Shown here: positions 37,999 to 48,343 of the stretch, one piece after another
How the letters are laid out: every line of letters starts with the position of its first letter
Numbering within the stretch: the stretch's first letter is position 1
Source: an uncultured Desulfobacter sp.
GTDB lineage: Bacteria > Desulfobacterota > Desulfobacteria > Desulfobacterales > Desulfobacteraceae
DNA: 64,000 nt
Assembly: GCA_963665095.1 (NCBI GenBank)
Contig: OY762069.1
Location: 4,448,001 to 4,512,000 of the forward strand
Reading direction: 5' to 3'
Position numbers and translations under genes: made by a program
Notes under the pieces: model-generated
Databases searched by the model: none
Seen by the model: the letters and a program-made list of their open reading frames with translations, nothing else
Told to the model about the DNA's origin: nothing

Positions 37999-39207
37999 TT
38001 ATTGGCTGTGGTGAAGGATCTCGTCTTCATACAAGGCTTCTATGTCTTCATCTGAGTAGCCAAGAATTTCCGACAAGATCTGGTGGTTGTGTTCGCCAAG
38101 CTCCGGAAAGGCCCCCGCATCTCTATCCTCCGGCACATGTTTAATTTTCACCGGATTTCCGGCGATGTGAAAGTCCTGTCCGGAGATGGGCACCAGCATG
38201 TTCCGGGCCCTAATCTGATCAAATTCAAACAGGTCGTTGACCTGGTTGATCTTTGAGCAGGGAATGCGTGCCGCATCAATCTTTTTAAGCCAGTAATCAG
38301 CCGGACGTTCCACAAATACATCCTCCAGTATCCCTTTTAACTCATCTGCATGGTTGGTACGCGAATGGTTGTCCTTAAACCGCTCGTCTTCCGCAAGCCC
38401 GGGAAGATGGATCACCTGGCATAATTTTGTGAACAACACATCGTTTCCGGCTGCCACAATAATCTGGGTATCTTTGGTTTTAAATGCGCCAAAGGGCGTA
38501 ATGGAGGGATGCCGCGTGCCAATGGGGGTGGGGGCCTTCTGGTCTACCTGATACCGGGCAATGGCATTTTCAAGAATGGCCACACTGCTGTCCAGCATGG
38601 CAATGTCCACGTGGCCGCCACGGTTGATGATGCTCCGCCGGTAAAGCAGGGAAACTACACCGATTGCTGCAAAAACACCGGCCATGATGTCGGAAATGGA
38701 GGTACCCACACGGGTTGTTTCTCCATTCTGGTTGCCTGTGATGGAGATAAGCCCTGACAGCGCCTGGATGATCATGTCAAAGGCAGGATTATCCGACATG
38801 GGGCCGGTTTGACCGAATCCGCTGACACTGGCGCAGACCAGCCGGGGATTCACCCGGCTGATTGTTTCTTCAGAGAAACCGAGCTCTGCCATGGTTCCGG
38901 GCCTGAAATTTTCCACCAGCACATCTGAATTTTCGATAAGCCTGGTCAGAATCTCTTTTCCCCTGCTGGTTTTCAAGTCAAAACAGATGGACTGTTTTCC
39001 TGAGTTAACCGAGAGAAAATAGGAAGAAATCTTCCTGGAGCCCTCCTCTATGAACGGGCCGATATACCTTGCAAAATCACCACGCTCCGGGCGCTCAACT
39101 TTGATAACCGAAGCACCCAGATTTTTAAGGATAAGAGAACAATAGGGGCCGGCCAGGATATGTGTCATATCCAGGACACGTATGCCTTTCAACGGTTTTG
39201 AATCCAT
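37999..39207 (-). CDS. Class III (CaiB/BaiF) CoA-transferase
   Basis: LAGPYC..LGASVIKVE, ENFRPG, SGFGQTGP, SISDI; start at MDSKPL (the upstream extension overlaps dctP). Confidence 0.94.
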   Translation of the reverse strand: MDSKPLKGIRVLDMTHILAGPYCSLILKNLGASVIKVERPERGDFARYIGPFIEEGSRKISSYFLSVNSGKQSICFDLKTSRGKEILTRLIENSDVLVENFRPGTMAELGFSEETISRVNPRLVCASVSGFGQTGPMSDNPAFDMIIQALSGLISITGNQNGETTRVGTSISDIMAGVFAAIGVVSLLYRRSIINRGGHVDIAMLDSSVAILENAIARYQVDQKAPTPIGTRHPSITPFGAFKTKDTQIIVAAGNDVLFTKLCQVIHLPGLAEDERFKDNHSRTNHADELKGILEDVFVERPADYWLKKIDAARIPCSKINQVNDLFEFDQIRARNMLVPISGQDFHIAGNPVKIKHVPEDRDAGAFPELGEHNHQILSEILGYSDEDIEALYEDEILHHSQ

Positions 39208-39259
39208 TATTTTTCCATAAATTTTTATATAAAAAAGCCAATTATCCGGACTGGTTTGT

Positions 39260-40309
39260 TTAATGAAACTGTATGGGTTTTCCCTGGGCTCTGGCCTGCT
39301 TGTTTTCATCTGCAATGGCCACCACTTTATTAAACAAATCGTCCGCTTTTGCGCCGAATTTTTCCTGCAGTGGTTTGAAAAATATCCCTGAAAGCGGTTT
39401 AATCCACGTTTGATACTCTTCTTCAGTCCACTGGTGGTATTCCTTAAAATTGTTTTTGTGCTGGGCCTTGATCTTATCCACGACACTGCGGGCGTCATTA
39501 TAGACGTACTCCGGCATCTGATAGCTGACTTTTTCAAAGGCTTTCTTTACAGAGTCAGGCATCTGGTTCCACTTTTCCAGATTCATGCAGACCAGTGCGC
39601 CGTTGCCGCCTGCACGGCTGTGTGTCACAGCATTTGAGATTTCCCACAGTTTGAGTGCCGAAACAGTGGCCATGGATGCATAAGCCCCGTCAACTATCCC
39701 CTTCTGCATGGCCATATATGTCTCTGCAGAAGAGACAGAGACGCCGGTTGCCCCCCAGAACTTGAGTATCCTGGACGATGAGCCCGGTGCACGGATTTTC
39801 AAACCCTTAATGTCGTCAAAGGTTTTAAATGTCCGGGGCCCCACAAGAACCTGAGGCTGGAGGAATCCGGACCAGCCGAGAAATTTCACCCCATCCTTGT
39901 TCAGAACCTTATCAATTTCATTGGCCAGCCGCGATATGATGGCCGCGGAATCTCCGATTTCCCACTTGGTTGTTTCATGGAGGATAAGCAAAAGAGGAAT
40001 TTTCCCTGCATAATAGGCCGGAACAATAGCGCACATGTCAATGGTTCCCTGGATCAGCGCTTCATACTGCTGGCGTGCCTTTACAAGCTGCTGGGCAGGA
40101 TAGAGTGTGATGCCCACCTGGTTGCCGGTCTCCTCTGCGATGCGATCAATAAAGTACCGCCAATAGGTGTTGCGGTAATCGTTGGGGGAAACATACTCAG
40201 ACCAGCTCAGCTGGATTTTGGATCCTGCAAGGGCCAGGTTGCTTGTTCCCGGCATGATCAGCGCCAGAGCCACGAGACATTTGGACAGGCTCATAAGAAG
40301 GTTTTTCAT
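39260..40309 (-). CDS. dctP: TRAP transporter substrate-binding protein (DctP family)
   Basis: Signal peptide, YPAQQL, DIKGLKIRAPG, ETYMAMQKGIVDG; RBS GGAGG. Confidence 0.9.
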   Translation of the reverse strand: MKNLLMSLSKCLVALALIMPGTSNLALAGSKIQLSWSEYVSPNDYRNTYWRYFIDRIAEETGNQVGITLYPAQQLVKARQQYEALIQGTIDMCAIVPAYYAGKIPLLLILHETTKWEIGDSAAIISRLANEIDKVLNKDGVKFLGWSGFLQPQVLVGPRTFKTFDDIKGLKIRAPGSSSRILKFWGATGVSVSSAETYMAMQKGIVDGAYASMATVSALKLWEISNAVTHSRAGGNGALVCMNLEKWNQMPDSVKKAFEKVSYQMPEYVYNDARSVVDKIKAQHKNNFKEYHQWTEEEYQTWIKPLSGIFFKPLQEKFGAKADDLFNKVVAIADENKQARAQGKPIQFH

Positions 40310-40353
40310 TTTCAAATTCCTCCAAAAAGGGTTTAGGACAAATGTGAATGTGG

Positions 40354-41673
40354 CTATGACATCATGTTGGGCAGAAACATAATCACATTCGGAAAAAGTA
40401 TCACAAGCACAATGGCCAGTAAGTACAGGATTACAAACGGAAATGATCCGGTTACAATATCTCCCATGGATGCATGCTCGGATGCGATGCCCTTGAGCAC
40501 AAAAAGGTTAAATCCCACAGGCGGGGTAATGGTTGCCGTCTCCAGCATCATGACGCAGATGACGCCAAAATAGATGGGGTCGAACCCCATTTGGGTGGCC
40601 AGGGGGAAGAAAATCGGCATGGTAGTCAGGATAATGGGCGTGGCATCCATGAAAAACCCAAGAAACATGAGCACAAATAATATCATGATCAGGACCGTGT
40701 AGGGTGAAAATCCCAGATCCACCACAAAACTGCAAAAACCGCTGGACACCCCGCCCCTCACGGCAGCATGCCCAAGTGCCAGTGCACCCAGAAAAATCAG
40801 GATGATAAAGGCGCCGATGCGGACACCGTCAATGGCTGCGTTGAGAATCTCTTTGAACGTGAGGCGTTTGTACAAAAGGCCGATCATGGCCGATCCCACA
40901 GCCCCGATGGAGGCCGATTCGGTGGGGGTTGCAACCCCCAGATAGATGGAAGCAAGTACCAGACCGATCAACCCCAGCAACGGCAAAACATCCAGTATCG
41001 ATTTGAGCAGACTGACGTTTTCTCCCAATGCCTCCTTGGGAATTACCGGGGCCAGGTCGGGGTTCATGATGCAGCGGATAACAATGTAAACGATGAACAG
41101 CCCAACGGTCATGATCCCGGGAAGAAATCCGCCGGCAAACATATGCCCGATGGACTGTTCTGTGACAATGCAGTACATGATCATGGCGACACTGGGGGGA
41201 ATCAGGATACCAAGCCCCCCGCCCGCAGCCAGGGCCCCGATGGATAATTTCATATTGTAGTTGTACTTCTTATATACCGGGATGGCGACCAGTCCCACAG
41301 AGGCTGCGGTTGCCACACTGGTTCCACTGATGGCGGCAAAAATAGCACAGGTCGCCACCCCCACCACGTTTAAACTGCCCGGCAGTTTTCTGAGCCAGTA
41401 TCCGATGCTTTTAAACAGATCTTCGCCAAATCCCGCCCGCTGGGCAAAGAGGGCCATCATGATGAACAGCGGTACGCAGGTAATGGCAAAGCTGTTAAGA
41501 TGATGAAAAAAATAGCCCGGGGCATCCGACAGGAATCGGGTTCCCCCTCCCAAAAGGGCCAGGTTCGCAATGGATGCGATAACCAGGGAAAAACCGACAG
41601 GGATGCCGATTGCAAGAAGGAAAAACAGCGAACCGAACATGATCATGCCAAAGGTATACCATTCTAGATCCAT
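40354..41673 (-). CDS. dctM: TRAP transporter large permease (DctM)
   Basis: FAAISGTSVATA, LGILIPPS, TPTESA, ITPPVGFNLFV. Confidence 0.94.
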   Translation of the reverse strand: MDLEWYTFGMIMFGSLFFLLAIGIPVGFSLVIASIANLALLGGGTRFLSDAPGYFFHHLNSFAITCVPLFIMMALFAQRAGFGEDLFKSIGYWLRKLPGSLNVVGVATCAIFAAISGTSVATAASVGLVAIPVYKKYNYNMKLSIGALAAGGGLGILIPPSVAMIMYCIVTEQSIGHMFAGGFLPGIMTVGLFIVYIVIRCIMNPDLAPVIPKEALGENVSLLKSILDVLPLLGLIGLVLASIYLGVATPTESASIGAVGSAMIGLLYKRLTFKEILNAAIDGVRIGAFIILIFLGALALGHAAVRGGVSSGFCSFVVDLGFSPYTVLIMILFVLMFLGFFMDATPIILTTMPIFFPLATQMGFDPIYFGVICVMMLETATITPPVGFNLFVLKGIASEHASMGDIVTGSFPFVILYLLAIVLVILFPNVIMFLPNMMS

Positions 41674-41706
41674 TTTCTTCTCCAGGCGTTGGGGTAAATT
41701 ATGATA

Positions 41707-42252
41707 TCAGTACTTTTGGGGTTGAAAGGCATTGGGATCATTTAAATGAATCCGCATATAGGCTGCGTAAAGCCTTGACAGGCACTGCAGAAGAAAAAGC
41801 AGAAAACCAAAAGGGATAACGATCATGACCGGCCAAAGCAAGGTTTCATGTTCTGTGGCAGACCGCCACTCTCTCAAATAATAAAGGAGGGTTGTTTTGC
41901 CCCCGAAGTAGATAATAATCACAATACAGATAATCATCGCGATATACCCTGCAGTGGTAATGAAAAACTGAACCTTGGGAGAAAATTTATTGTTCAGCAG
42001 TTCGGCAGAAACATGGGATTCCAGGTAGGTTGCAAAGGCCAGAGCCAGGATGCAGTGGTAGATATAAATGTACGCAGCAAATTCATCACTCCAGGATATG
42101 GGACTGTGGAAAAAATATCTGAAAATAACTGCAATAAAAACCAGCACACAGAGGACAAGGCCCAACAGCCCGGAGATGATGCCAAAAAAGACAGTCACCT
42201 TGTCTATGACCCTGATTCCCTGTTCAATGATGTTCCTTGTCCTCGTTGTCAT
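41707..42252 (-). CDS. dctQ: TRAP transporter small permease (DctQ)
   Basis: Four TM helices, RYFFHSPISWSDE, HVSAELL. Confidence 0.9.
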   Translation of the reverse strand: MTTRTRNIIEQGIRVIDKVTVFFGIISGLLGLVLCVLVFIAVIFRYFFHSPISWSDEFAAYIYIYHCILALAFATYLESHVSAELLNNKFSPKVQFFITTAGYIAMIICIVIIIYFGGKTTLLYYLREWRSATEHETLLWPVMIVIPFGFLLFLLQCLSRLYAAYMRIHLNDPNAFQPQKY

Positions 42253-42273
42253 GGTTTCCTCTCATTTAGTATT

Positions 42274-42436
42274 TAGTGTTTGGACGAAAAGTCACCCACC
42301 TGCGGCGTTGCTGCACAAAGCTGCCAAATCATATAATCGGGCCTCACCTACTGAAGTACGCTCCGGTTGCAGCTTTGCTTGCGCCTTGCATTTGGGCAAC
42401 TTTGCGTCCAAACACGGGGTTTTCGTTCAGGCACTA
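42274..42436 (+). mobile_element. Full-length MITE/REP-like palindromic element (TAGTG family)
   Basis: Imperfect terminal IRs TAGTGTTTGGACGAAAA / TTTTCGTTCAGGCACTA with TA ends; long internal fold-back; closely similar inverted copy at 58540. Confidence 0.8.
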
Positions 42437-42486
42437 TTTAAGTTGCAGATTACCAGCTCAATATCCTGCAATTCATCCTGCATCTG

Positions 42487-43278
42487 TCAGGTCCCGACGA
42501 ATACCGGGGGTCTTCTTTCCTTAAAAGCCGCTTTGGCTTCTTCATGGTCATGGCTGTTAAGTGCTTCCAGACTCAGTGCATTGAACTTTTGGATATCTTC
42601 ATCTGACGGCTCCGGGTCTCTGGCCAGCCGGTTCAGAATAAATTTAGCGCCCCGCAGCGACAGGGGGGCACAGCGGGCAACCTCTCCTGCCATCTGATAT
42701 GTATAGGACTCCACCTTATCCGGTTCGATCAGGTGGTTGACCATTCCCATGTTTAGGCAATCTGTGCTGTCGTAGGTGCGGGCGGTGAGAAAAATTTCCA
42801 GGGCGGTGTTGAATCCCAGGACCGTCATGAAGCGCTTGAAACCCTGATGGTGTGACACCAGCCCCATTCGGGAGGTGGGAATTCCCATTTTAACGGTGGT
42901 TGAGGCAATCCGGATGTCGCAGGCCAGGGCCAGGGCCAGACCTGCTCCCAATGTATACCCGTGCAGCATGGCTATCACTGGAAAGGGATATTGAACGATT
43001 GCCCGGGAGACCTCTCCCGGATCTGAATACCGGCTCTGGGAAAGATCATGGGAACGCTTGGGCATGGCAATGATATCTGCGCCGGATGAAAAGGCCTTCT
43101 CACCACTGCCCCTTAGAATGACAACCCGGATCTGGCGGTCCGTGGCCAGTTCCTTAAATGTCTGTGTCAAGGCTGACAGGCAGGCCGGTTTCAGTGCATT
43201 CCGCTTGGAGGGGTTGTTGATCGTCAATGTACAGATCTCCCCGTCTTTCTGAACTATCAACTCTTCGTGCATATTCAT
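42487..43278 (-). CDS. Enoyl-CoA hydratase/isomerase (crotonase) superfamily protein
   Basis: NPSKRNAL, AFSSGADI, PVIAMLHG.TLGAG, ACDIRIA, AFKERRPPVF. Confidence 0.92.
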   Translation of the reverse strand: MNMHEELIVQKDGEICTLTINNPSKRNALKPACLSALTQTFKELATDRQIRVVILRGSGEKAFSSGADIIAMPKRSHDLSQSRYSDPGEVSRAIVQYPFPVIAMLHGYTLGAGLALALACDIRIASTTVKMGIPTSRMGLVSHHQGFKRFMTVLGFNTALEIFLTARTYDSTDCLNMGMVNHLIEPDKVESYTYQMAGEVARCAPLSLRGAKFILNRLARDPEPSDEDIQKFNALSLEALNSHDHEEAKAAFKERRPPVFVGT

Positions 43279-43532
43279 TCCTAAATATCCATGTTGAAAA
43301 CAAATTTTATCTGGCAGCATATAAATATTGTATTTATAAAGTTATAAGTTTATATTCTTATAATTAAAAGCAGATGACGCGTCAAGCGATATTTCAGTTA
43401 TTTTTTAAACCCTGTCAGACCATATCCGGCAATGAAACCAGGTAAAGGGCAGACTGGGAAACCTCGTATGGATACCATTTAACTCAGGAAGCTGGACGTG
43501 GTTCCAGTGTTACTGGAAAGGCAAATTAAGCA

Positions 43533-45263
43533 TTGGAACACTTGATTTTCTTTGACCCGGCCGGAAGAACCCAGATTACCCATTCACATGCCCCCCGGCT
43601 TGATACGCTTCAGAACAAATGTATCGGGCTTTTGAGTAATGACCAGTGGCAGGCATACCGCGTCATGCCTTTTATTAAGGAATGCCTGGAAACACAGTTT
43701 CCGGGTTGCCGGATTATGCCAGTGGATACCTTCCCCCAGGGGGTCGCACAGATTGCCGATCCAGGGATGGTTGGGAAAGTGACCGCAGCCGGTGTGGATG
43801 CTGTCATCATCGGGAACGCGTCCTGAGGGTCCTGTGCCACTGCGTGCGGCCGTGCTGCCGCCAGAATGGAAGGTGCGGGGATACCTACGGTTACACTGGC
43901 CCGAAAGGACTTTATCGGTGTGTTCAAGAACGCCCTGTCAGGAACCGGCCTGGCTCCGGAGGCAGCTGTCGTGGAATTTCCTATGAATTTGTTCCTGGCA
44001 GACAGCGATCTTTTGCCCATCCGCAACCGCGTCCATGAATTCCATGACGGACTGACCCGATGGGCGCATGAGGGTACCGCCTCCAACGCGGCCGGCAATC
44101 CAAAGATTACCGTGAGCGGGGCGACCTATGAAGATGCCTTCAATAAAGCCAATCAATTGTTTATTTCCAATCTGTGGGGGGACGGGCTTCCCCTGTTCCC
44201 GCCAACCATGGAACGGGTCGACTGGATCTTGCAGGGCACACCTTTAGACAGAGATCAGAAGATCGGTATCTTTCCTCCCAGGGGCGGGGTTGTCACCGTG
44301 GAATCCTGCGCCATTGCCCTGGCAATGGCAGGGGGGCGTCCGGAGTACCTGCCTGTACTGATTGCCGCCGTGGATGCGTTTCTGGATCCATCGTCCGGGG
44401 CGGCGCATCTTCAGGCCGCCTCCGGAAGCGCGTTCCCGGTTGTGATTGTGAGCGGGCCGGTAACCAGACAGATCCGCCTCAGTTCCACATTCGGCTGCCT
44501 GGGACCGGATCCCCAGAGGCCGGCCGGAGCCAGCATAGGCAGGGCACTGCACCTGATGCAGCAGAATCTGGGTGGCGCGCTGCCTGGAACCGGGTCCATG
44601 GCCAATTTTGGGGCCATGCGGTTCACCAACGTGGTGGTGGCCGAAGATGACCAGGATCTGCCTGACGGGTGGCTGTGCCATGCCGCGGACAGACACGGAT
44701 ATACTCCGGGAACCAACGCGGCATCACTGGTCTTTGTGAACGGGGTGACCAATATCCGGCGGCGCGGCGCCAAAATGGAGACACCGCAGGAGGATGCACT
44801 GCAGGGAATGCACCGTATGGCCGACTTCATGAGAACACCCAATGTGGCCAGTCTGGTGGGCTATGAAAGAGGGACACCCGGCATTTTAATGATACCCCGG
44901 GTGGTGGCCCATCTGATGAGCAAAACGGGCTGGAGCAAATCCGCCATGAAAGCGTTCTTCTGGGAACACTCAAAAATTCCCATGGCCCATTTGAAACGCT
45001 CGGGCGCCTTTTCATGGCTGGAAGTGGACCGGGATCCCGTGACACTGGCAAGCCGGGATCTTGATCCCTGGCCCATCTCTTCAAAACCGGACAATTTTAT
45101 CATTGTCTGTGCTGGCGGGGCCCACCCCACCAACAGCCTGTGGCTTCAGGGATACAGCCCCAATGTCCTTGGACGAAGGCTTGATCTGCCCCGGGATTTC
45201 AGCCGGCTGATCCTTGAATCCAACAGGGATCTGGGATGCGGGTCGGATGCCTGTATGATTTAA
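43533..45263 (+). CDS. Probable UGSC-family selenoprotein (576 aa; Sec at TGA 43824-43826) fused to a large C-terminal domain
   Basis: ORFs 43533..43826 and 43866..45263 share a frame with no other stop: VIIGNAS-U-GSCATACGRAAARMEGAGIPTV, a UxxC...E.AGIP pattern as in GrdB/PrdB; weak hairpin after the TGA; TTG start with GGAAAGG. Confidence 0.82.
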
Positions 45264-45292
45264 TTCCATTTCAACCGGAAACCGTATGGGCA

Positions 45293-48200
45293 CTACTCTT
45301 TTTTAACCCGGTACCATGCCGCCACCATACAGGGCAGCACAAAAAGGGTCAGAACGGTGGCGCCCAGAAGTCCGCCACCAATGCTCACGGCCATGGGGCC
45401 CCAGAACTTATCTGCAGCCAGGGGAACCATGCCCAGGATGGCTGCTGCAGCCGTCAGCATTATAGGCCGGAACCGGAACACAGTGGCTTTGACAATGGCG
45501 TGGTACCGGCTCTCTCCTGCCGCCACCTGGCGATCAATCTGATCCATGAGAATGACCGAGTTACGGATGATGATGCCGGACAGGGCCAGTATCCCCAGCT
45601 GGGCCAGAAACCCCATGGGCATGTTAAACACCAGAAGCGAGGCTATGACCCCCATCAGCCCCAAAGGTGCGGTCAGCAGTGTCAGGATCATGTTGGGCAC
45701 ATTTTCAAGCTGGATCATCAGAAGAATGACAATGAGCATGGACATGGCAGGGACCAGTTTCAGGATATGGGCAGTGGCGCTTTCGCTTTGTTCGGCAAGG
45801 CCACCGACTTCTATGGTGTACCCCCCAGGCAGACTATCCCGGACACTTTTCAGGGCATCGTAGACTTTCAGGGTGGCATCGTTGCCGGTCACGTCTTCGA
45901 CCGTTTCCGCCTGAACTGTGATGGTGGGCAGAAGGTTGCGCCGCCAGATCTCTCCTTCTTCCATGCCAACGCTGATGTCGGCAATCTGTTCCAGGGGAAT
46001 GGTTTGCCCTTTTCCCACATGGATTGGCAGAGTGCGGATATCGGCCAGGGACCTCCGGTCGCCGGGGTTCAGGCGCAGCACAATATCAACGGTTTTATCC
46101 TTTTCCCTGAACTGGCTCACGGGAATGCCGGAAATCTGGGACTGAAGGGTCAACGCCAGGTCAGAGCTGGCAATGCCCAGTATTCGTGCCTTATCCTGGT
46201 CCACTTTAAGCTGGATCTTCTTTGTTTTTTCATACCAGCTGAAGTTCACCTGCCGCAAGTCCGGGTCTGCCACCATGACATCCTTGACCTTGCCGGCAAT
46301 TTCCCGCACCGTGCCGTAGTCCGCCCCTGATACCCGCAGCATCACGGAATAGGGTTCCGGCGGTCCGAGCTGCAGGGTCTGCAGATGGCCCCGGACATTG
46401 GGAAAAGAGGTGTCCAGAAGATTTTTTATATCTTTTTCCAGCGCTTTTCTTTGGTTCAGCCCCTTGGCAACAATGATAAACTGGGCAAAGTTGGACTGGG
46501 GCGTGACCGGGTCAAAAGCCAGAACAAACCGGGGCGCGCCTGAGCCCACATAACAGGCAAAGTGGTCAATATGGGGATTGTCGGCAATGGCCTTGGCAAA
46601 GGCCCTGGCCTGCTGGTCGCAGGCCTTTATGGAGGCCCCTTCAGGCAGGGTCAGATCCACCAGCAGTTCCGGCCTTACGGATCCGGGAAAAAATTCTTTT
46701 TTAACGTATTTAAACCCATGCACAGCCGTGCCGAACATGATCAAAGTAAAAAGCAGCACCACATACCGGAACCGCAGACAGGTCTCCAGAATTCGCCTGA
46801 ACACCCGGTAAAAGGATTTATCGTAAATATCCCTTTCCTGTTCATCCGCGCCTGTGGGCCTGGCCTTGATCAGATAGGTGCCGAACAGCGGCGTCACCAT
46901 CACCGATACAACCCAGGAGATCAGCAGAGACAGGGTGATTACAGGAAAAATGGTCCGGCAGAACTCCGAGGAATCCCCCTTGGAAAATCCAATGGGGATA
47001 AAGCCTGCGCAGGTGATCAGGGTGCCGGTGAGCATGGGAAAGGCCGTGACAGTATAGGCAAAGGCCGCCGCCTTTGTCTTTTCCCAGCCCTGCTCCAGTT
47101 TTACAGACATCATCTCCACAGAGATCATGGCATCGTCCACCAGCAGACCCAAGGAGATGATCAAAGCGCCCAGAGAAACCCGGTGGAGATTGATACCGGA
47201 TATTTTCATGGACAAAAAGGTGGCGGCCACCACCAGAGGAATACAGAACGCCACCACCATACCGGATCGAAGGCCAAGACTTAGAAAGCTGACCACCAGA
47301 ATGATGGCAATGGCCTCGGCCAGGGTTTTGACAAATTCATCAATGGACTCTGTGACCACCCCGGGCTGGTTGGCCACCTGGTGGATATCCAGCCCCAGGG
47401 GCATGTTTTGTTTCATCCGGCTGAAGGCGGCATCCAGGGCTTTGCCCATCTCAATAATGTTATCTCCCTTTTCCATGGAGACAGCAATACCAATGGCAGG
47501 CTGCCCGTTATAGTACATCATGGGCTCGGGCGGATCGGCATAGGCCCTGTTAATGTCGGCGATATCCCCTAACCGGAAGGTACGGTCCAGCACCCGGATG
47601 GGCAGATTGCGCAGGGCACTGATATCATCAAACAGGCCTGTGACCCGGAGAAAAACATTATCCGTAGTTGTTTCCAGCATGCCTGAAGGCGTCACCGTGT
47701 TCTGCTTTTTTATGATGGCGGCTACCAGCAGGGGGTCAATGCCCATTTTGGACAGTTTTCTGCTGTCCATTTCAATGTAAATTTTTTCCGGCTGGACGCC
47801 TATGAGGTTAATTTTTTTAACACTGGGAATTCTCAACAGTTCCTGGCGGATATCTTCGGCCTTTACCCGCATCTGCTCAGGCGTAAAGCCATCTGATGTC
47901 AGGGCATAAATATTGCCGTACACATCATCAAACCTGTCATTGAAATAAGGTCCCACAATACCCTGGGGCAGTTCATTCACAATGCCGGCCACCATGTTGC
48001 GCACCTCAAGCCAGGTGGGCCGGATATCGCCGGGATCCACGGTGTCCTTAAGGGTAACAAAAATGACTGCTTTCTGGGGCCGGGAATAGCTTTCAAGGCT
48101 GTCCAGTCCCGGGGTGTCCTGGAGTTCTTTTTCAATTTTATCGGTGACCTGCTGTTCCATTTCTGCGGCAGATGCACCAGGCCACCCGACAGCCACGATC

Positions 48201-48343
48201 ATCTGGCGAATGGTAAAATCAGGATCTTCCATCCGGCCCATACCCTGGTAGGAATAGGCGCCTGCCACGGCAATCATGAAGATGCAGAACCAGATGAGCT
48301 GCCGGTGGTTCAGGGACCACTCTGTGAGATTGACGTGTTTCAT
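45293..48343 (-). CDS. RND efflux transporter permease (AcrB/AcrD/AcrF family)
   Basis: 1016 aa; EDPDFTIR, GLLVDDA, RFRPIMLT. Confidence 0.96.
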   Translation of the reverse strand: MKHVNLTEWSLNHRQLIWFCIFMIAVAGAYSYQGMGRMEDPDFTIRQMIVAVGWPGASAAEMEQQVTDKIEKELQDTPGLDSLESYSRPQKAVIFVTLKDTVDPGDIRPTWLEVRNMVAGIVNELPQGIVGPYFNDRFDDVYGNIYALTSDGFTPEQMRVKAEDIRQELLRIPSVKKINLIGVQPEKIYIEMDSRKLSKMGIDPLLVAAIIKKQNTVTPSGMLETTTDNVFLRVTGLFDDISALRNLPIRVLDRTFRLGDIADINRAYADPPEPMMYYNGQPAIGIAVSMEKGDNIIEMGKALDAAFSRMKQNMPLGLDIHQVANQPGVVTESIDEFVKTLAEAIAIILVVSFLSLGLRSGMVVAFCIPLVVAATFLSMKISGINLHRVSLGALIISLGLLVDDAMISVEMMSVKLEQGWEKTKAAAFAYTVTAFPMLTGTLITCAGFIPIGFSKGDSSEFCRTIFPVITLSLLISWVVSVMVTPLFGTYLIKARPTGADEQERDIYDKSFYRVFRRILETCLRFRYVVLLFTLIMFGTAVHGFKYVKKEFFPGSVRPELLVDLTLPEGASIKACDQQARAFAKAIADNPHIDHFACYVGSGAPRFVLAFDPVTPQSNFAQFIIVAKGLNQRKALEKDIKNLLDTSFPNVRGHLQTLQLGPPEPYSVMLRVSGADYGTVREIAGKVKDVMVADPDLRQVNFSWYEKTKKIQLKVDQDKARILGIASSDLALTLQSQISGIPVSQFREKDKTVDIVLRLNPGDRRSLADIRTLPIHVGKGQTIPLEQIADISVGMEEGEIWRRNLLPTITVQAETVEDVTGNDATLKVYDALKSVRDSLPGGYTIEVGGLAEQSESATAHILKLVPAMSMLIVILLMIQLENVPNMILTLLTAPLGLMGVIASLLVFNMPMGFLAQLGILALSGIIIRNSVILMDQIDRQVAAGESRYHAIVKATVFRFRPIMLTAAAAILGMVPLAADKFWGPMAVSIGGGLLGATVLTLFVLPCMVAAWYRVKKE

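Noticed and set aside
39208..39537. N-terminal extension of the 512-aa CoA-transferase ORF
   Set aside because: Overlaps dctP in another frame; family similarity begins at MDSKPL
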